Shown here: positions 55,576-64,000 of the stretch, one piece after another
Numbering within the stretch: the stretch's first letter is position 1
Layout: the number at the start of each line of letters is the position of its first letter
NCBI GenBank assembly: GCA_964016885.1
Contig: OZ024741.1
Location: 350,176,001-350,240,000, forward strand
From: Eledone cirrhosa
Taxonomy: Eukaryota
Length of the DNA stretch: 64,000 nt
Direction: 5' to 3'
Program-made: the position numbers and the translations under genes
Notes under the pieces: generated by a model
Seen by the model: only the letters and a program-made list of their open reading frames with translations
What the model was told of the DNA's origin: nothing
The model's database searches: none

Positions 55576-55764
55576 GGGCGGAGGATTAGCAGTATCGGTA
55601 GAGGGTCGGATGCCATGCTTTAAAGCAAAGAGTTACGGCCCTTTACGGTCTGAGTTCAAATCCTGCCGAGGTTAACTTTCCCTTTCATCCTTACGGGGTC
55701 GATGAAATAAAATACCAGTAATACACTGAGATAATTGCTGGCCTTGTGCCAAAACTAGAAACAA
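55576..55764 (+). mobile_element. Meta-domain SINE with TSD
   Basis: Full copy; flanks ATTAT(T/G)TGG(T/G)ACGTTA. Confidence 0.9.
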
Positions 55765-55852
55765 TTATGTGGGACGTTACTCCTTCATCGGAAGAATAAA
55801 AAACGAAGAAATAGAAAGATAAAAGGAGAAAAAAAAAATGGAGAAAAAGCAT

Positions 55853-55895
<43 letters not shown>

Positions 55896-56597
55896 ATTTC
55901 GTTTAAACTATTTACATTATTCCTGTAAGAAAGGAGCTTTCTAGCAAAGGAACAAAATCCATCGCTCGAATTTGGATTAAAAAATGGTGAGTAGCACATG
56001 TCTTGCATTTTTTTTTTTTATTATTCTGCTTGCAGCGTTTATTTGGAAACTGTGAGTTAAATGGTTAATTTCTTTACCTTCCTTTTCGAAAGATCATCTA
56101 CCAATTTCATTGAATTCCTTGCAGCAAGCTTGTTTCATTGAATTTCTACATACTTCAACCATAGACCCCCAAAATATCAACTGGTTAGTATGTCAAACAA
56201 TAATTTTTTCGTGCTTATTTTCTGCTTGACATATATATCCGATATATTTGAGGTGTTGTACATAGACAAAGTTTCCTAAGGAGTGAGTCTTGGCAATATT
56301 TTGTGTTTCTATGTTAGTGTATACAACATTGTATTGTCCTTCATCACGATTGACTTTGCTTCACTCACCCCCACCACTTTTAATCATTCTTCTTTAGAAT
56401 TGAATCCAGTACGCATTTAGATATTTAGTATCATAGATGAGTACATTGACAATTATCGGTATAAATGTAAGTTTATATTCTTGAGAGTGAAACAGATGGC
56501 TTAAAAGCAGTTGCCCATAATTATTTACTATCTTACTGAGCTATTATCTGTGTGTTATGTATGTATATTTTTGATAACATAGAATTCCTCTATAATT

Positions 56598-56779
56598 GTT
56601 TCTACTTTTGGCACAAGGCCAGCAATTATTCCAGTGTATTACTGGTACTTTATTTTATCGAGCCCGTAAGGATGAAAGGCAAAGTTAACCTCGGCGGGAT
56701 TTGAACTCAGAATGGCAAGGGCCGTAACTCTATACGTCAAAGCATGGCGTCCGACCCTCTACTGCCAATCCACCGCCCT
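56598..56779 (-). mobile_element. Meta-domain SINE with ~19-bp TSD
   Basis: ATAGAATTCCTCTATAATT on both sides. Confidence 0.9.
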
Positions 56780-57924
56780 TATTATAGAATTATAGAATTC
56801 CTCTATAATTATACCGAGACAGTCGTTCCTACGAATGGCCTTTTATATTGTTTTAGCAACATCAAACCGCTCTGGGGTGGCTGTTGATCACATGTTTGAT
56901 ATCTTCCACAAACATATGGCAAAATCAATACATTTGGTTGCAGCATGTCTCTTTTGCTCATGAAGTATTTCATAACAGTCTCATTCAAAGAATGATATGT
57001 TGTAATGGTCACGAAACCAAAAGAGACTGCACTCTACGCTAATATTACAATCATACTCAAGTTTAGAGGAAACATTTTTCAGCATGAACATTGTTTTTTG
57101 TTTTGTGTGTGTGTGCAGAGTAATTCTATACTTGTGCTTTTCTTTATTTTATTTTTCGTCTGGAATATGCTAATCTAACAATTGTTTGGGATGTCATCGA
57201 GAAGTGGATACTTCTCGACGAGTTATCTACAGACTTGTAAGTTAGGAACTCTATTGATGTGTTCCCTTATTCAGCCATTTTTATCAAATGTTGCCGGAAT
57301 GATTTTATTCAACATTCAAATGCCGCTTGTACTGATGCTAAAGCCTCTGCTGGCTTCTATAATTAGAGTTTGTCAATATCACTGTTTGTGTGGAAGCTTC
57401 CAGTTGATGTCAAGATCTTATGGGTTTAATATCTACGGAGTGGATTCCTCTCTATACCAATCAAGTATCCCAGATATCCCAATTTCGGAATCATTACCTA
57501 GTACTTCAAATGTATTGTGGAATTTGGTAGTTTTAATTCAGTATGCATACATACATTTTCTTTTAATGTAAACAAGGGCATGACACGCATTTACATTAAG
57601 AATACAAATATAAAAATATACGTGCACAAACACTTTTTTATAGAAATTTATTGTAGTACTGTTAGAATATCTAACTGCTGGTTGCGCTAGAATACAAACA
57701 TTCTTCTCATATGGCTATATTTATTAGTAGACAAAAAACAGGAAAAATGAAATTATGAAAACGCATGTTCCATAAAATATATTGTCATGTTACAAAGGAT
57801 CAGAAATATAGTAGATTAAACTTAGTTTATATAACCTACGGAAGTAAATATTGAATTATTTTGTAGAACAACCGATAAGTGTGAGAAACCGTTCCTGAAT
57901 AAGTCATGAAGTCATTTAATTTAA

Positions 57925-58240
57925 TATTTAGAGCATTGAGCTTACAATCGTGCAGCTGTGAGTTCGATTCCCACACCGGGTTGTATCTTGTGTTCTTAAA
58001 AAAGACTCTTTATTTTACGTTGCTGCAGTTCACCCAGCTGTAGAAATGTGTTGCGACATCATCGGTGCCAAGTTTTATAAGCTTTTGTCTTTCCTTTGGG
58101 CAACATCAGTGGCATATAGAGGGGAGACTGTTGTGCATGGGCGACTGCTGGTCTTCCACAAATAACTTTCCTCGGATGTGTGCCTCCGAGGAGAAATTTA
58201 AAGTTGCAAATCCCATGGGAATTCGTAATCGAAAGGAGTC
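57925..58240 (+). mobile_element. Diverged CORE/V-type tRNA SINE
   Basis: GTGAGTTCGATTCCC B-box; TTTATTTTACGTTGCT.CAGTTCACCCAGCTGTAGAAATG core as at 43565. Confidence 0.65.
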
Positions 58241-58508
58241 TTATCCTTTAGCAATTTAATTTAGCAGACGACAGAGAGAAAACAATTTTAAACATGTATG
58301 TGGTATAACGGCATCATTTCGTTAGCAAATAAGAGGAGGTTTATAACATTCTATGAAAGTACCACGGATACATGAATTAATTGATGACTAGTATTTATTC
58401 ATCTACATAAACGACATCCATCTAACTGGTCTTGGAGAGCCAGTGAAAGCAATAGGCACTGCCCTTCACTCCATACCTACGTTTATATATACATATATAT
58501 AGATAGAT

Positions 58509-59447
58509 ATGTTTCTTTATTAGCCACAGGGGCACAAAAGAAGGGGACAAATACAAAGGGGGAAGTTTACATACAATAAAAACGTGTAAAATATTATCAC
58601 AAATGTAATTTAAACTTAGTCGATTTTCCCCAATAGGGGGAGACATTACATATGGGTAACACATACCCCCGAAAAAAAATGTGAAACCCTCAACTCCAGG
58701 AGTACGAAGAGTTTGTACTCCTTTCCTCTCCTCCTCTTTTCCTAAACCTACAGGCTGATATAGAGAGAAGACCCATTCACTCGAGCTATTCTCACCTCTT
58801 TCGCCCACCTTTCATAAAACTTGCTGGGGTACAGCACTTCTCTCTCCATCCTGATTCTTCTTCCAAAGTGGTATTTGAAAAAAAGAATCAGTTGTTGGCC
58901 GGAGAGAAAGGTGTCTGACCTCAGCCCTTTCAACCTTGTCCACCATACAACCTCTTTCGCCATAGCTATCACACAAAGTAAAACCGCTTCTCCGTTTTTG
59001 AAGGAGGGTGGCGGTTTGATCATAACAATGGACTCGGTGGTCAACCGGATTGGTCCCACCCGCGACAATAGTCGTTCTACATAGCCCCACAGGTCGGTGA
59101 CGCCCGGGCAGTGTATGAATGCGTGCGCGACGGTTTCTTCGTCTCGCACGCACCTCAGATCTTTTTTGCAGGGTCCCTGCCCGGGCGCCCATGTCTGTAG
59201 AGCTTGTCTCGAACTAGTAGAGCTCCTCGGTAGCACTGCCAGGCCAGGGACTTTTGGAAGTTGTCCATCGGCCCCGGGCGGACGGTCCTACCCAACAGAC
59301 TGGCCAGTTCGTCTTCCTCTACGCCTAGGGTTTCACCGAGCGCGTCGTCGCACTTGCTGCGGATCAACCCTCTAAAGAATGACGAAGTGGAGTCTCCACT
59401 GATCGCCGGATCCGCCTGCCAGAGGGCTGTGAGCGTCTGAGCACATA
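58509..59447 (-). mobile_element. Tx1-clade LINE, 5'-truncated copy in tandem with the long copy
   Basis: Highly similar to 59521-60468; AATAAA 3' end; GATA repeats at both junctions. Confidence 0.95.
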
Positions 59448-59456
59448 GATAGATAT

Positions 59457-59521
<65 letters not shown>

Positions 59522-59762
59522 CATGTTTCTTTATTAGCCACAGGGGCACAAAAGAAGGGTACAAATGCAAAGGGGGAAGTTTACATACAATAAAAACGTG
59601 TAAAATATTATCACAAATGCAATTTAAAAAATTAGTCGATTTTCCCCAATAGGGGGAAACAGTTCATATGGGTAACACATACACCCGAAAAAATGTGCAG
59701 CCATCATCTCCAGGAGTACGAAGAGTTTGTACTCCTTTCTTCTCCTCCTCCTTTTCCTCAAC

Positions 59763-62700
59763 CTACAGGCTGATATAGAGAGAAGGCCCATTCACTCGGG
59801 CCATTCTCGCCACTTTCACCCACCTTTCATAAAACTTGCTGGGGTACAGCAACTCTCTCTCCATCCTGATTCTTCTTCCAAAGTGGTATTTGAAAAAAAG
59901 AATCAGTTGTTGGCCGGAGAGAAAGGTGTCTGACTTCAGCCCTTTCAACCTTGTCCACCATACAACCTCTTTCGCCATAGCTATCACACAAAGGAAAACC
60001 GCCTCTCCTTCGTTTTTGAAGGAGGGTGGCGGTTTGATCATAACAATGGACTCGGTGGTCAACCGGATTGGTCCCACCCGCGACAATAGTCGTTCTACAT
60101 AGCCTCACAGGTCAGTGACGCCCGGGCAGTGTATGAATGCGTGCGCGATAGTTTCTTCGTCTCGCACGCACCTCGGACAGATCTTTTTTGCATGGTCCCT
60201 GCCCGGGCGCCCATGTCTGTAGAGCTTGTCTCGAACTGGTAGAGCTCCTCGGTAGCACTGCCAGGCCAGGGACTTTTGGAAGTTGTCCATCGGTCCCGGG
60301 CGGAAGGTCCTACCGAACAGACTGGCCAGTTCATCTTTCTCTACGCCTAGAGTTCCACCGAGCGCGTCGTCGCACTTGCTGCGGATCAACCCTCTATAGA
60401 ATGACGAAGTGGAGTCTCCACTGATCGCCGGGTCCGCGTGCCAGAGGGCTGTGAGCGCTTGAGCACATTCGATGTGCCAGTCGCCCATTTTCCTCGATCT
60501 TTGCTTGACCCAGGACTGCAGCTCGGTCAGCGAGACGAGTCGTGGGAAGGCTCGCCTCACGAACGGGGCCCACACCGGTTGTCCGGTGAGGAATATGTAT
60601 AGATGCCGAAGCTTGAGCGCGTGTTTGCGCATCGTCAGCCACGGTATCCCCAGCCCTCCGTTAGAAGGGTGTTGGCAGCAGATGGATCTTCTCACCAAAG
60701 GAGCCCGCCTTTTCCAAAGGAATTGGAAGAGCACGCGCTCCATTTTGGTGAGCGTTTTGGCTGGACAAGGCACGACGGTCAAGCGGTAGTAGATGGCGGA
60801 CGCTATAAAAGTGTTCGCCACCTCCGCTCGACCTTCCAAGGATAGTTTGCACTCGGCCCATTTCTGGGTGAGTGCAAACACCTTGGCCGTCACTTCGTTC
60901 GAGTTCATCTCCACCTGGAGGTCTGGACCAAACCAGACCCCGAGAAACTTTACCGGTCCTTCCGTCCAGCGTCCGACGACGCCATCGGAAGGCATCGGTT
61001 TGCCTCTCCATGTTCCGAATTGCCAACCGATGGACTTGTCCCGGTTCAGCTTCGCTCCTGTGAAACTTTCGTATTCCTTCAGTAAGGTGGCGACTTCCTC
61101 GATTTGCGAGGCGCTCGACACCATTACTGTCACGTTGTCGGCGTAGGCCGACGCCGCTTTCCGCAGTCCCGGTTCCAGAGGGATGCCCTGCAATAGCTCC
61201 AACTTCCGCAGTATTGGCTCGAGAGTCAGCACGTACAGAAGGGAGGAGAGAGGGCATCCCTGTCGAATGGATCGCGTAATATGGAACGGCTCCGAGAGGT
61301 AGCCGTTCACCTTGACCCTTGAGCAGATGTTGCTGTTGTGCATTGCAGCAATCCAGGCCCTGAACACGGGTCCGAAGCCTGCCGCCTCGAGCACCGCATC
61401 CAGGTAACGATGGTCAACCCTATCGAAAGCCTTAGACTGATCCAAGTTGATCAGGCCCCACCGAAGCCGGGTTTACACCCTACCCTCTCTATGATGTATC
61501 GCATGAGGTGGAGGTTGTCGTGTATGGACCTGGTCGGGATTGCGCATGTCTGCGCTTCTCCCACCAGGTTCCCGACGACAAGCGCCAGCCTCTTTGCCAA
61601 CACCTTGGCCAAAATCTGTAACTGTGTTTAGCAGAGTTATGGGTCGGAAGTTTCCTATGTCATCCCCCCCATTCTCGTCGTTCCTGACTAGTGTGACTAC
61701 GCCCCCGGTCACAGAACTGGGAATTCTCCCGTCCTGTTGCCAGTTGCAGTAGACCGCTTCCAGGAGACCGGAGAACAAGTCCGGCATTGCTACGTAAAAT
61801 TCGTAGGGTAGACCGTCGAGACCTGGAGACTTGCGTTTGCCGCATTGGCTCAGCTCGTCCGCTATCTCAGTGGCTGAAACCGGCTTTTCGCAGAACTTTG
61901 CCTCGCTGTCCGAGAGTCGCGGTAGGCCGTCGAGGTATGGATCGAAATTCATAGCCCCTCCCGGCACGCCGCCCCGCCCGAACAGTTGAGCAAAGTGCCG
62001 CTGAAAAGCCGCACACATCTGCTTCGGCTTATGTAACACGCGTCCGTTTTGGTCCTTCAAAGACCGAATCGTGGACTCGTTGTCACTTTTTGCCTCCGTC
62101 ACTCGGGCCCAGCTAACAGCTTTGGCTCCCTCGTTTCCCAGAGCATGTATTTTGCTTCTGACAACGCAGCCCTCGTGCTTTGCGTCGAAGAACTGGTCCA
62201 AGGCCGTTCTCGTTGCTAGCACGCTGGCTACGTTGCCACTTCTAATTGCCTCTTCTACTTTATCTACCAATTCCTTCTCGGTTCTATTTCTATCTAACGC
62301 TAATTCTTTACTAAAAACTAACGAGTCTAATCTAACTGCCCTCTTGAGAGAGTACCACCATCTGTTGTTGACAATGGCCACTGTCAAGTGCTGTTTAACT
62401 AAAGTACTAATCCGTGTACTGTAGGTTTTGCTTGTCGGTAACGACAAGTTCAGTTTCCAGTAGCCGGGTCCTTGTCTATGGGTTCTATCAAGATTGGCCA
62501 TGCAGGTCACTAGTTTGTGATCTGAATAGGCAACCATGAACATTTGTGGACAGCTTAACATGTCCCTATCCTTATTTCTAACTAGAACCCTATCTAGGTA
62601 CGATCTAGATGTTCCGCTGAGATTAGTCCACCTCCACAGTGGCACAGTCGGAAAATCTAGTCGATATCTATCGGCCAGGTCAAATCGGTCGATTAACAGT

Positions 62701-63197
62701 TTGAGGCTGTTACACCCCCCTTTATCGGGAGATGCTCCCACATAGTCCCAACGTGCATCTAGGATTTCATTCAAGTCCCCCACTAAAAGCAAGGAGCGGG
62801 ACGTTCACAGAAAAGTCTCTAGACGTTTGAAGAAGTCTGGCCGCGGTGTCCCGGATGGGGCATATGCAGCCACCAGCCTGAAGGCTCCACCTTCACTACC
62901 GTCAACGTCTAGGACCACCAGTCGACCCTCCGGGTCCATATGTACCGTCTGTGTTACGAGGCCCAGGTGTTTTCGCAGCAAAATGGCAACCCCGCCCCCA
63001 CCCGCCGGCCGACACAGAGATGCGTAGATCTCAAAGTCATCGAAGATGGGGGCTAGCTGTCGCTCGCTGTGGATTCTGGACTCGCAAATGGCTACTACAT
63101 GCATACTGTGCGACCTGAGGTCGTTTAAGAGTTTGCCTTGTTTCCAGGGCATTTCCAGGCCGCGTACGTTCACACATCCAACTCTTATATTGGCCAT
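59763..63197 (-). pseudogene. Tx1 ORF2 (AP endonuclease, reverse transcriptase, CCHC zinc finger), disabled
   Basis: APE motifs NVRGL, AICE, GDLN, SYLD, SDH; RT motifs KSPGLDG, FRPITLLN, DQSKAFDRV, IRQGCPLS, YADN, KFLGV; CPRC..H..C. In-frame TGA at 62805-62807 and 60105-60107; frameshifts near 61620 and 61455. Confidence 0.95.
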
Positions 63198-63230
63198 GTT
63201 GGTGCTGAAAAGTTAAAAGAGGAAAAGAAG

Positions 63231-64000
63231 TCACTCACCCTTCGTCTCCTGGGGACCAGGCTGCACGATTTCCATGGTGGTGTTGAAGGGGTTGTCTGGG
63301 TGGGTGGTGGTTTCCGGCGGGGTGAGGACGGAGATGTTTGGTGGGGTGGGGTCTGGTGGGATGGGGTTGTCTGGGGTGGGGAGACATTTGAGAAGGACGT
63401 GGTTAAGTGGTTTCATGCAGGAATTCCCCACATCCTTTTCAAATGTTTCTTTTAGGGACCTATAAGTTTGTATAAGGACTCTAATCAGTTTTAGGTTCAG
63501 TTTTTTGTTATTTTTAATAGAGGTGGCGAAAGTTTTCCCTTCGGTTTTCACCGAAGAGTTGTTCGTGATGGTCTTCATTAGTGTTTTGTTTTCAGTGTTT
63601 ATGTAAGTGTAAGTGTAATTTTATTGTGTTGTGTTTGTTTTTGTCTGTAGTTCTTGTGTGTGCTTTCGTTTTGTTGTAGGTATTTGGTTTTCAGGAGTGG
63701 GGGTTTTGTTTGTGATGTTTTTGTTGTTTGTGTTGGTGGTTGTATGTTTGTGGTAGTGTTTGCTGGTTTTTTGCTTTTGTGATGTCTTTTCTTTCTTTTC
63801 GAGCGATGGGGTTCTCCCTCGTCTTCACTGGGTGATGGCGAGATAGCCTCATCTGTTGTATCGTCTGTGTGGGTTGGGGAGGGGTATGTCTTGGGGAGTT
63901 GTTGTGTCTGTATGTGATTTTGCAGTGGTTTTAGGTGGAGTGGGGTTGTGTAGGACTGTGTTTGTTGTGGTTATTTTTGTGTGTTGGTGTTGTTGTTGTG
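63231..64000 (-). pseudogene. Putative Tx1 ORF1 C-terminal, T/P/K/N-rich low-complexity region
   Basis: Lies immediately upstream of the ORF2 ATG (63197); the 115-aa ORF ends 33 nt before it; strong strand bias; no diagnostic motif within the window. Confidence 0.5.

Larger units (their letters stand above)
59521..64000 (-). mobile_element. Tx1-clade non-LTR retrotransposon, long copy extending beyond the window
   Basis: ORF1 tail, ORF2 (APE-RT-CCHC), 3' UTR with AATAAA, followed by (TCTA)n. Confidence 0.95.

Noticed and set aside
57182-57571. 129-aa ORF
   Set aside because: Non-ATG start, no splice signals or recognisable motif; it may be an old transposon remnant but cannot be supported.
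60661-61257. Overlapping alternative-frame and antisense ORFs within Tx1 ORF2
   Set aside because: Expected by-products of GC-rich coding sequence; no motifs.

Overview
This is AT-rich eukaryotic (animal) DNA, almost entirely repetitive and probably intronic or intergenic. The extreme microsatellite density and the tRNA-derived Meta-domain and CORE-type SINEs suggest an octopus or other coleoid mollusc genome (inference). Nearly all ORFs in the supplied track are microsatellite artefacts. The real protein-coding signal comes from retrotransposons. The largest is a near-complete but disabled Tx1-clade LINE on the minus strand (59521->64000; APE endonuclease, RT with YADN, CCHC finger), with at least six further Tx1 fragments, three copies of which abut (GATA)n arrays. 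There are also decayed R4/Dong-type, CRE-type, RTE and Penelope RT fragments, about 20 Meta-SINE copies with TSDs beginning ATTAT/ATTGT-like, and hAT, pogo/Tigger and piggyBac-type MITEs. The most unusual signal is a set of at least 8 families of short 'inverted repeat + unique tail' inserts inside (TA)n arrays. They have Penelope-like pLTR architecture, and several carry hammerhead-ribozyme-like cores: one canonical CUGAUGA..GAAA core with a covarying stem II, and one shortened CUYGA variant. Three RTE remnants show twin-priming-type inversions. No complete host gene could be built; only a few candidate small exons were seen. Family assignments rest on recognising motifs by eye, and the boundaries of decayed elements are approximate.
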